This document shows positions 20,427 to 29,812 of a stretch of DNA of 64,000 nt, in pieces. Position 1 is the stretch's first letter. Each line of letters opens with the position of its first letter. Origin of the DNA: a bacterium. Lineage in GTDB: Bacteria > UBA8248. The stretch is from NCBI GenBank assembly GCA_965203325.1, contig OZ241875.1, positions 1,760,001 through 1,824,000 on the forward strand, written 5' to 3'. The notes below the pieces were generated by a model, which was given only the letters and a program-made list of their open reading frames with translations, ran no database searches and was not told where the DNA came from. Both the position numbers and the translations under genes were made by a program.

Positions 20427-20755
20427 TGAGTGAGTCCTCCTCATCGTCGTGATAAGGCCTCCATGAGAAGGCCCCCGTATGAGGCCTCCCGAAAGAAGGC
20501 CTCCCGTGTGAAACTAGAGAATCAAATCGCCATCCTTCCGATCATAGAGTCAGAATCCACCCTGGCCCCGACGGCCACGCGAACGGAAAAGTCATCCGAA
20601 AACATACAATTTGTCGGTGGGTGTTTTGGTGCAGAACAACATTTGGCGCAAAACAGCATTGAGTGAGTCCTCCGCATCGTCGTGATAAGGCCCTCATGAG
20701 AAGGCCTCCCGTGCTACCGGAAAATCAAATTTACACCTTTCCGATCATAGAGTCA
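20379..20755. repeat. Tandem imperfect duplication of the lipoprotein 5' leader and first codons (20379-20552 / 20595-20755)
   Basis: Shared blocks CATTGAGTGAGTCCTCC.CATCGTCGTGATAAGGCC, GAAGGCCTCCCGTG, TTCCGATCATAGAGTCA. Confidence 0.85.
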
Positions 20756-21225
20756 AAGTCTGTTTCGACCTCTATGGTCATGATGCCGGCACTGCCTGAA
20801 GTAAAACATGCGTCTTTCCAGGCCTGCTGCAACCTTTTCCGATATTCAACCTCCTTTCTTTCTCCCGTGTTTCCGACTTTCCGGTGTTATCCGACTCTCA
20901 TGATCACGTTGTCCGAAACCACTCGCGCGCAAGCGTTTCGCGCGAAAGTTCACCTCGCAACAGAATCATGAAATCCCTTTTGATTTACCACATCCGCCTC
21001 GCGCGTTCAAGCCTCTTTTTACCTGTCATTCACAAACGGGACGAGAGTGGCGAGGCAAAACGAGACACGCCGGATCACTCCCGATTCCGAAAGGAGGAGC
21101 AATTCGAAATCCGCATCTCCGCGCGTCTTTTGTTTCGTGATTCCCGCGCGTTAATGATATAGTCTCCCGACACGATACATTCCGGTGGTCATGCGGCGAC
21201 CCCTGCGGTGCGAACGGAGAACCCG

Positions 21226-22002
21226 ATGGACAATCCAGAATATGAGAAGAAACTGAATCAATACCTGCGCCTCGCCTCGTTTCCCGTCGCGGTGAAGTTC
21301 CTGGAATCATGGGAAGAAGTTCCGCCCCGCACGAAGCGTCCCAAGGAGCACCTGGGAAATCAATTCACCACCTGCCAGGCGGTCTCCATGGCGCGGCGCT
21401 ACGGGTGGGCGCTCGCCCTGGGCCGCGAAGACAGCAGCTGCGTGCTGGGCGCGATGGCGCTGGGTCTGGAGAAGCGCCTGCCGCACTACACCGAGGGCAA
21501 CCTGTGCATCGACCTCTATACGGAGAATATAGAAGCCGGCCGCCTGAGCGAAGAGAGCGTGCCCCGGCTTCCCGAGGGGAAATACGTGGGCGTGCTCGTG
21601 GCGCCGCTCCACCGCGCGGCGTTCAGGCCGGACTCGATAATCATCTATGGAAACGGGGCGCAGATCATGCGGCTGGGCCAGGCGTGGCTCTGGAAGCGCG
21701 GCGGGACGCTCGACAGCGCGTTTCGGGGCAGAATCGACTGCGCGGACCTGGCCATCGCGCCGCATACGGAGGCCAAACCGCAGATGGTCGTGCCTTGTAC
21801 GGGAGATCGCATCTTCGGGCAGGTGCAGGACCACGAGGTGGCCTTTTCGTTTCCCTTCTCGGCGACCGAGGAAATTCTCGAAGGCCTCGAGGCGACTCAT
21901 AAAGCGGGGGCGGCGCGCTATCCGGTGACGAACTGGCTCAACTACTCGGGCGGCTTTCCGCCTTCCTACGAGAAATACCGCGAGATGCTGGAGGAGGAAT
22001 AA
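21226..22002 (+). CDS. DUF169-family protein
   Basis: L.L..FPVAVKF, CQAVSMARRYG, C..GA.ALG, APL, PC.GDR.FG. Confidence 0.8.
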   Translation: MDNPEYEKKLNQYLRLASFPVAVKFLESWEEVPPRTKRPKEHLGNQFTTCQAVSMARRYGWALALGREDSSCVLGAMALGLEKRLPHYTEGNLCIDLYTENIEAGRLSEESVPRLPEGKYVGVLVAPLHRAAFRPDSIIIYGNGAQIMRLGQAWLWKRGGTLDSAFRGRIDCADLAIAPHTEAKPQMVVPCTGDRIFGQVQDHEVAFSFPFSATEEILEGLEATHKAGAARYPVTNWLNYSGGFPPSYEKYREMLEEE

Positions 22003-22080
22003 AGGCCTCACAAACCCTCCCTCCCCGGAGCTGTTGAAAAAACCCCAGAAGCAGTGCTCTAAATTTCACTCCCCCCTTGA

Positions 22081-23598
22081 GGGGGCTGTTGAAAAACCCC
22101 GTTTTGAAGCGGGAGGTATGGCGTCTCACGCGGCTTGGGAGAGGGAGCCCAATCGGCGCGTGAGGCCGCGGGGAACGCGCATTCGGCGTCTCAAGGCGGC
22201 GCAGGCTCTCCACAGAGCGAACAAACGCGCCGCAACAGCGGCGGCGAGCCGCTTGAGGTTCACCGCAGTCGCCGTCAGGTAGGCCTGGATCCTTATGTTC
22301 GCAAGACCCCGGCGCACCGCCCGCGCCAGGCCGTGCCAACTCTTCGCCTCGCCGTGATAGCCTTCGGAGCGACCCATGTGCCGGCGCCACAGCCGACCCT
22401 CCTCCTCCCCACGGCGCGCGTGGCGACGGCGCGCGCGCAACAGCGCCGGATACTCGTGCGGAACCAGCACCGTCCGGCTCGTGCGGGACTTCGACAGACA
22501 ATCGGCCCTGAGCGCGCAGCCCGCGCAATCGCGCGTCCTCGATACATAGTAGCGACCCCGCTCCGTCTCCTTCCGGGGGCGCAGCGTCTTGCCCCCCGGA
22601 CACTTCACCACCTTGTGACGCTCATCGTAGCGGAACAGCTGCAACGGCACCCGGCTCTGGGAAGGCTCCTTCTTCGCCGGTATCACCGCGTCCACCCCCC
22701 GACGCTCCAATGCGCCGTACACCTTCGAGTACGCATAGCCCGAATCCGCCGTCACCACCGCGGGCGCGCGCCCCGTGAGTTCGCAAACCGCATCCAACTG
22801 CGGCTCCATCATCTCCCGCTCGTTCAACGTCCCCTCCGTCACCTCTACGTCGAGGACAACGCCCCGCTCATCGTCCACCACCGCGTGGTGCTTGTAGCTC
22901 GGCTCGAACCCCGCCCGAGCGCTCTTGCGCGCCAGGCGAGCGTCGGGGTCCGTTCGGCTCACAGGACCCGAACCACCGCCGCCGCCCTTCTTCCCGCCCT
23001 CATCCTCCGAGTCGTTCTCCCGCACCACCTTCTCCGCGTGGCGCTCCGCCAGACTCTCCCAGCTCACGTCCGCACGTATCAAAGAGGCGTCCATGTGCAC
23101 CACCTCTCCCGTCGCCACCTTCGCCTCCACGCAAGACTGAACCGTGCGGCGCAATATCTCCTTGAAGCGCTCCTCCCCCCAGCGCTGACGGATACGCGTC
23201 AGGCTCGAATGGTCCGGCAACTCCTCGTCCAGCCTGTACCCGATGAACCACCGGATCGCCAGGTGCGCCTGCGCCTCGCGCAACAGACGCCGGTCGTGGG
23301 CGTAGCCCAGCAGCAGGCCCGCCAGCATCAACCGAACCACCACCTCGGGGTCCAGGCCCGGACGACCGTTGTCCGCGCAATAGCACTCCGCCACTTCCTC
23401 GCGAAGCCAGCTCAAATCCAGTACGCGGTCCACCTGCCGCAATATGTGATCTTCGGGAATCAACTTCTCCAGCGGGCCGGCCACGAACAAGTCCATCTGC
23501 TCGCGCCTCTTGCGATCCAGCATCGAGGGAACTCCCATCTCGGGCGAGGGGGGATACATCCATACGATCACAAAACCAGGGGTTTTTCAACAGCCCCT
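22081..23598 (-). mobile_element. IS1182-family insertion sequence
   Basis: Terminal IRs GGGGCTGTTGAAAAACCCC (22082-22100) / GGGGTTTTTCAACAGCCCC (23579-23597), TTGA direct repeat on both sides, single transposase. Confidence 0.9.
22126..23523 (-). CDS. IS1182-family DDE transposase
   Basis: LIPEDH.LR, NGRPG.DP, LPDHSSLTRIRQRWG, DAS, TDPDA, ADSGY, CxxC insertion, E....EAK..HG..RA..RGL. Confidence 0.92.
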   Translation of the reverse strand: MLDRKRREQMDLFVAGPLEKLIPEDHILRQVDRVLDLSWLREEVAECYCADNGRPGLDPEVVVRLMLAGLLLGYAHDRRLLREAQAHLAIRWFIGYRLDEELPDHSSLTRIRQRWGEERFKEILRRTVQSCVEAKVATGEVVHMDASLIRADVSWESLAERHAEKVVRENDSEDEGGKKGGGGGSGPVSRTDPDARLARKSARAGFEPSYKHHAVVDDERGVVLDVEVTEGTLNEREMMEPQLDAVCELTGRAPAVVTADSGYAYSKVYGALERRGVDAVIPAKKEPSQSRVPLQLFRYDERHKVVKCPGGKTLRPRKETERGRYYVSRTRDCAGCALRADCLSKSRTSRTVLVPHEYPALLRARRRHARRGEEEGRLWRRHMGRSEGYHGEAKSWHGLARAVRRGLANIRIQAYLTATAVNLKRLAAAVAARLFALWRACAALRRRMRVPRGLTRRLGSLSQAA

Positions 23599-23769
23599 TT
23601 GAGGGTCTGGCTTCCCGAGGGGAAAGCCAGACGATGAGGTGAGGGTGTAAACCCGAAGCCGAATCGGTGGGGGGACAAGCCACAGGGCAAACCTCCCCCC
23701 ACCGCAGCCTTCGCACAAATCGCTCGGCTTTATCGTCGGGCTTTCCCCTCGGGAAGCCAGACCCTCAAT
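23599..23769. repeat. REP/MITE-like element with ~37-bp terminal inverted repeats
   Basis: TTGAGGGTCTGGCTTCCCGAGGGGAAAGCC.GACGAT ... ATCGTC.GGCTTTCCCCTCGGGAAGCCAGACCCTCAA. Confidence 0.8.
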
Positions 23770-24196
23770 AGGCGAGTTGATTTAAAATTCTCTTTGGTGA
23801 ATAGAGATCTCCATAGGTGACATACAACAGTTTTTCAACAGCCCCTCCTCGGTCGGAATCGATCCACAGGCGGGGGCGGCGTCGAACCCTCCCTCTTCGG
23901 TCGGGTCCGACCAGTGACGAACTGGCTCAACTACTCGGGTGGCTTTCCGCCTTCCTACGAGAAATACCGCGAGATGCTAGAGGAGGAATAAAGGCCTCGC
24001 AAACCCTCCCTCAAGGGGTTGTTGAAAAAGCCTTTATCAAAGGAGCAACCCCCTCTACCCCTGGAAATCCGGCGCGCGGCGCAAGCCGGCGCGCATGGGC
24101 CGATTTCACATGCGCCGGAACGATGGTAGAATCGGGCGGCAAGGCCGAAAATCACGAACCAGGCAAACGACCATTCCCGGAGGAGGAAAAGCGGGA

Positions 24197-25075
24197 ATGA
24201 CTCTTCGCATCAGGGCGCGCCGGGCGGTGCTCGCGCTCGCGCTCGCCACAGGCATGATTCCGGGATTCGCGGGCGCGGCGTCCGTATCGTGCGCGTACTG
24301 GAACACGCTCGTTTTCTTCATCCGCGCCGACGCAGCGGACGTCGCCCTCTGCCTCGAGACGAAAAACGCGAACGCGCGCGACGCGGCCGGCCTCACCCCC
24401 ATGCACCGCGCGGCGGGGTTCGGGAAGACACCCGCCCTGGTGAGGACCCTGGCGGAGGCGGGCGCTCGGCCGAACGCGCGCGATGCGAACGGGATGACGC
24501 CGCTGCACCTGGCGGTGAACTTCAACAAGAAGCCCGCGGTCGTAGCCGCGCTCATCGCCGCCGGCTCCCGGACCGAGGCGAGAGAACGGCGCGGGTGGAC
24601 GCCGCTCCACCTCGCGGCGGCCTTCGGCAAAACGCCCGCCGTCGTGCGCGCGCTCGCGAAGGGGGGCGCGAAGCTCGATGCGAAGACGGGGGTCGGGCGC
24701 ACGCCGCTCCATCTGGCCGTGCAGGCGGGCGCAGCCGCCACCGTGACCGCTCTCGCGAAAGCGGGCGCAAAGGCGGACGCGCGCGACAGGTTTGGACGCA
24801 CGCCGCTCCATCTGGCCGCGCAGGGAAGTTCTCCCGCCGTCGTGCGCGCGCTCGCGAAGGCAAAGGCGAAGGTGAACGCGCGCGACACGCGCGGGAAGTG
24901 GACGCCGCTTCACCTCGCGGCGTGGTTCGGCAAGAGCCCCGCCGTCGTCCGCGCCCTCATCCAGGCGGGCGCCGACGCGCGCCTGAAGGACAAATCGGGC
25001 CGCAAGCCGCCCGATTACGCGAGGCGGAACAAGGCGCTTCAGGGGAGCACCTCCCTCTTCAAGCGGAGGAAGTGA
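24197..25075 (+). CDS. Secreted ankyrin-repeat protein (about 7 repeats)
   Basis: Signal peptide then repeated G.TP(L/M)H.AA...P.VV.AL..AGA..(N/D)ARD. Confidence 0.92.
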   Translation: MTLRIRARRAVLALALATGMIPGFAGAASVSCAYWNTLVFFIRADAADVALCLETKNANARDAAGLTPMHRAAGFGKTPALVRTLAEAGARPNARDANGMTPLHLAVNFNKKPAVVAALIAAGSRTEARERRGWTPLHLAAAFGKTPAVVRALAKGGAKLDAKTGVGRTPLHLAVQAGAAATVTALAKAGAKADARDRFGRTPLHLAAQGSSPAVVRALAKAKAKVNARDTRGKWTPLHLAAWFGKSPAVVRALIQAGADARLKDKSGRKPPDYARRNKALQGSTSLFKRRK

Positions 25076-25647
25076 ACGCCCCCCGCCCCGGATGCGGCGG
25101 CCGGGGGGCGGGAGAGCCGCTCTCACCGGTCGCAAACCCGAAGAGGGAGCGAAGACAGTTTGCGCTTCTTTGAGCAGGGGACGATCACATCTACTGTTTA
25201 AGTAAGAAGGTATTGCTCAGAGGTTCGGTTTCGCCGTCATACCGGAGAGGTTTTATCAGGCATCCAGCGTCTTTGCGGATGTGGTAAATCACCTTCCCGA
25301 TGCGCCGTCTTCTGCCGAAATCGCGTGCGTATGTCCTTACCGCGTACTTCCTTCTCCATGACAATGGACAGACCGAAGTTATCAATTTCCTAAGGCTCGT
25401 TCACAACTATTATGGATAAATCCACATATCAACCAAAACAATTATATAAGGCATAACTTTAACAGGCAGTATCTAAACAGAGGATAATTAAGCTCAAGAA
25501 TACAATTATATTTTCAATATATACTTAAATATCTAATGATATTTGCATCAATATATTGATATATATCATATATATTGACAATAATTAATAAATATACAAT
25601 AATATAGTCGAATTTACTTAGAATATCCTTTCGTGGGGGGAAGTATC

Positions 25648-25872
25648 ATGAAGAATAACAGAGAAAAATTCGTTGACTTGGCGAATAAGCGAGTTAATCG
25701 GACCCTTAAATGCATCAAGTTAATAGGAAATCTATCGAACCGCTCCAATTACCAATATACAGAGCAGGATATAGAGAAAATTTTTGACGCTTTGCAGAGC
25801 GAGATAAAAATTTGCCGGAACAGATTTCGAAGTAATGGAAAAGATAATGAAAAGGAATTTATACTTGAATAA
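25648..25872 (+). CDS. Small conserved-looking helical protein at the head of the AT-rich island
   Basis: MKNNREKFVDLANKRVNRTLKCIKLIGNLSNRSNYQY...; ends ~30 bp upstream of the ATPase. Confidence 0.7.
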   Translation: MKNNREKFVDLANKRVNRTLKCIKLIGNLSNRSNYQYTEQDIEKIFDALQSEIKICRNRFRSNGKDNEKEFILE

Positions 25873-25902
25873 TTCTTAATATCCCTACACGAGGACATAT
25901 AG

Positions 25903-28356
25903 ATGAATAATAAAGACCCTAAAGATTTATGCTTGAACCTACTGAAAGCTGATTCAGAAGAAAAAGTAATTCAAATTCTTAGAAACGAAAATTATTGGGA
26001 TGACCCAGATTGTTGGCGTTATTTCGATGATAACCCAGGCAACTTTAGCACTTGTGGAAATCAGCAGAGTAGGCCGGACTACGCCCTGGTTGAAAAAGTC
26101 GTAAATTCACTGGACGCTATATTGATAAGAAAGTGTCTTGAAGAGGGTATTAACCCCGAGGACAAAACTTCACCTCGCTCAGTCAGGGAAGCTGTTGCTA
26201 CATTTATTGAAAACTCTCCAAATCCTAAGGGTTCCAGAGCCGGTCTGATTTCTGAATGGGGAAATAAAAAAATAGCTGAAGAATCTCGGCATATTACCAT
26301 TGCCACTACCGGATTTATACCTTCGGATAAGCGGCAACCCTGCATAACAATCACCGATGCAGGCGAAGGACAAACTCCTGCGGAAATGCCAAATACATTC
26401 TTATCAAATACAGGTAACAACAAGGCAAAAATTCAGTTTGTGCAAGGCAAATGGAAAATGGGTGGTACAGGCGTATTAGTATTTAGTGGCCATCACAACT
26501 TCCAATTCATATTGAGTAAAAGATGTCCAGCTATAATGGAAGACAAAAAGAATGAATCAGATAACTAATGGGGTTTTACTATTATCAGAAGGCGAGATCC
26601 TCGGGATGATGAGCGGGTTTCAGTATATGAATATTTAGCTCCATTAAGAGTCACAAATCAGAAAAATGGAGTTTTGAGATTTGCAGCTAGTTCCCTTCCG
26701 ATTTTTCCTGAGGGACGCGAGGCGTATAAAAGAAAGGCCGAATGGGGCAGTGTCGTAAAAGTATACGAGTACGCCACCCAAGGTTTTGGGAGGTCTCATA
26801 TCTTAAGGTCGGACGGGCTTTTCGATAGGATGAATCTTCTTTTACCTGATATAGCTTTACCTATTAGGTTGCACGAATGCAGAAAAAAATACCGAGGGCA
26901 CAGCGCTAGCTTTGACACGTCATTAACTGGGCTAACGGCAAATATTGAATCAAAAAAGGATGAAAATCTCGAAGACATTTTCACATGTCCGATCGATGCC
27001 ACAGGTGAAAAACTAAATGTAAAAATTTACGTGTTCAAAAAAGACAAAGCGAAAACTTACAAAAAAAGTGAAGGAATTCTTTTTTGCGTCAACGGTCAAA
27101 CACACGCACACGTGAGTAAAAGTTTTTTTAGAAGCGAAAAAGTTGGCCTTAGCTATCTGGCTGATTCTATTTTGATAGTTCTTGACTGTAGCAACATGAA
27201 TAAAAGAAGTAGAGAAGACCTTTTTATGAACAGCAGAGACAGACTAAATAAAGGTTTGCCTATATACAAAGAGATTATAGATGCTCTGGTCGACATGCTG
27301 AAAAATCATAAGAGCATTAGAGCTCTTAACGATAAAAGGCGTGATGAAAAATTAGGGGACCAATTAAAAGATAACAAACCTTTAGAAAATATTTTAGAGG
27401 ATTTAGTCAAAAAGAATAATATGTTGTCGAACTTGTTTCGCTCAGGTAGAGCTATACCCACTAACAAAAACAAACCAGGGCCAATCCCCAAACAGGAATT
27501 CATAGGGAAAAAATTTCCCACATTTTTTAGGTTTAAGAACAAGAAAGATGGGGATTCTCTAATAAAACCATGCCCTTTTAACTCAAGATTTAGAGTTACC
27601 TTTGAGACTGACGCCACAAACGAATATTTCAAGCGTGATATTGATCCAGGAATGTTTAACCTAAAAGTCATTTCCAATGGGGTAGGAACTCCCGCGCATA
27701 ATTTTATTGGGCCAAACTTAAGTGATGGCGAAGCAACCCTCAGTGTCAAATTACCTGACAATTTTGATGTGGGAGACCGCTTCGAGATGCGGGCTGAAAT
27801 AGACGACATTAATTGTGTAGAACCTTTTCAAAATACCATAGAAGTAATCGTAGAGAAGGAAATTCCTAAACCAACTAATCCTAATCCTTCACCACGATCT
27901 AAAAAGGAGAAAGGAGGAATAGCACTACCTAAAATTAAAAAGGTAAAGAGAGCGGAATGGGGAGAGTATGACTTCGACGAAAATTCGGCACTTCGAATAG
28001 AACGAGCTGGTGCGGAAGAAAATGAAACCTATGACTTCTTCATTAACGTAGACAATCAATATCTCCTGAGCGAGATGAGAATGACAAAAGACAATCCTGA
28101 ACTGAAACAAGCGCGATATGTTTTCGGGCAAGTTATCCTTGCTTTAGGTCTTATACAAAACCACTCCCAACGCGATAAAAGAAAAAGTGCGGAACAAGAA
28201 ACCGAATACAATGCAGAAGACAATGGAATAGAAAGCTCAGTTGCACAGGTTGGGCAAGCCATATCACCGGTAATTATTCCAATGATCGAATCGTTAGGCA
28301 CTTTAGACTTAGAATCCATTCAGGCGTTTGCGTCCGATATCTATGATGACGATTGA
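25903..28356 (+). pseudogene. Large GHKL (HATPase_c/MORC-like) ATPase protein interrupted by one in-frame TAA at 26566-26568
   Basis: EKVVNSLDA, ITDAGEG, QGKWKMGGTG boxes; ORFs 25903-26568 and 26674-28356 are in the same frame and the intervening bases read open as *WGFTIIRRRDP...EYLAP. Confidence 0.75.
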
Positions 28357-29555
28357 AAATTAGACTTGAGTCTATGAAATAGAACGACTTCTTGGCTGGA
28401 ACGAAGCTTGCCTTTTGAATGTGCGTACCATTTTCTATTTGGCACAATTCGCCACGCTCTTTGGTCTTTAGTATTCGCGAGAGAAGGATATTTGATTTCT
28501 TTAAATCCACAAACACGCATTTCATTAAGATATTTAGGTAGCTGCCACTCAGGGTCAGAAAAGGCTACAAGTTGCACAACTATTGTTTCACTGTCTGAAA
28601 TCTTTGCAAGCGAAGAAAAAGAAGAGCGCAGATTTTTGAAATAATCTACTAGGTATTTCTGCTCACGATTCCCCAATGTGTAATAAGTTTCCCCATTTCC
28701 ATCCAAGGTTCCTGTGATCCAGTACGGTGCGGGAGTTTCTCTCCGACCTTGTATTTGCCATCGATGATATAGGACATGGACTCCAGGGTATGGTGGTGAA
28801 GTTAGAATTAGCTTTGGGGCTTCAACTTTGTTTTTGGAAAAAAAAGTTTTCAGATTAGAGGCGGGCAGACATAAGCAAACAGGATTGATACTCGATTTTG
28901 ACAACCAACTAGGCTTTGTTTCTTTTGCGGATTCTTTGAGAATGGTGGCTCCTGAAACCATTCTCTTGAAATAAAAAATCAGTTTTTCACGAAACTCTTT
29001 TGCTGATGGGATAGCTATTCGAGAATCCAGCGCCCATTGACCTGTCTTAAGAAGGACGCAACGTGCAAAGTTTCTTTGGCGTTGCGTTTTAAGAGAATTT
29101 AACTCAGAAATTGCGAGTGCCAAAAGTTTTCGTATCGGCCAAGTTTGCTTTCCGTTGATATTACGAAGGTATCCATTCTTTTCCCAAGTTGTTTGCAGGC
29201 TTGAAGGTTGACGAAGATTTAATTTGCTTGTGAGTGTCGCAGCCCAAGCGGACAAATCAGAAGCATCATTTTTTGACAACGTAGTTGTCTTCACCTTAGA
29301 TACGAAAATCGACAATTCATTTATATCAGAACCGATTGATTTTCTTCCCAAAGATTGTGCTTCCACTAAAGCTGTTCCGCCCCCCATAAATGGATCAAGG
29401 ATTAAGTCTCCTGGCTCCGTGAACATTTTGATGGCAACTCTAGCAAAGCTTGGTGAACATCGCGCGGGGTAACGATAAAAATCATGAGTCAATCCCGAGA
29501 CCCACGAATGATCATGGATGGCTTTAAGAAAGTCATCCTTGAGTCCATGCTTCAT
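28341..29555 (-). CDS. DNA amino-methyltransferase (probably m4C, alpha-class order)
   Basis: TH.FYRYPAR, SAM motif DPFMGGGT near N-terminus, catalytic TSPPY downstream. Confidence 0.88.
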   Translation of the reverse strand: MKHGLKDDFLKAIHDHSWVSGLTHDFYRYPARCSPSFARVAIKMFTEPGDLILDPFMGGGTALVEAQSLGRKSIGSDINELSIFVSKVKTTTLSKNDASDLSAWAATLTSKLNLRQPSSLQTTWEKNGYLRNINGKQTWPIRKLLALAISELNSLKTQRQRNFARCVLLKTGQWALDSRIAIPSAKEFREKLIFYFKRMVSGATILKESAKETKPSWLSKSSINPVCLCLPASNLKTFFSKNKVEAPKLILTSPPYPGVHVLYHRWQIQGRRETPAPYWITGTLDGNGETYYTLGNREQKYLVDYFKNLRSSFSSLAKISDSETIVVQLVAFSDPEWQLPKYLNEMRVCGFKEIKYPSLANTKDQRAWRIVPNRKWYAHSKGKLRSSQEVVLFHRLKSNFQSSS

Positions 29556-29812
29556 GTAGCTATCTCGCTCTGGACGGAGATGAGATAAACAGAGTTTACA
29601 AGTTTAAAGGTTGTGAATATGAAACTCCACTAGCGACCATCCATTTCCAATAACATTGTAAACAAACGAAATTATTTATAGTTATGCCCGACTCCGAAAT
29701 CAACCACTAACCTCCCGTTTGACACCCCCCTCTCAACTCCCCCCTTCCCTCCTCACGCATTCGCGTTTATCCTTATCCCCATCGTTAACCGGAAGCCATC
29801 GGGTGGGCGGCG

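Larger units (their letters stand above)
21925..24012. repeat. 99-bp direct repeat (21925-22023 / 23914-24012, 3 mismatches) duplicating the DUF169 3' end around the IS
   Basis: GTGACGAACTGGCTCAACTACTCGGG...GAGGAGGAATAAAGGCCTC.CAAACCCTCCCTC present twice. Confidence 0.9.

Noticed and set aside
25191..25385. 64-aa minus-strand ORF at the island edge
   Set aside because: Atypical start, no motif; at most a gene remnant
26566..26568. Selenocysteine/pyrrolysine or alternative-code readthrough
   Set aside because: The codon is TAA, and TAA is used as a normal stop by neighbouring genes
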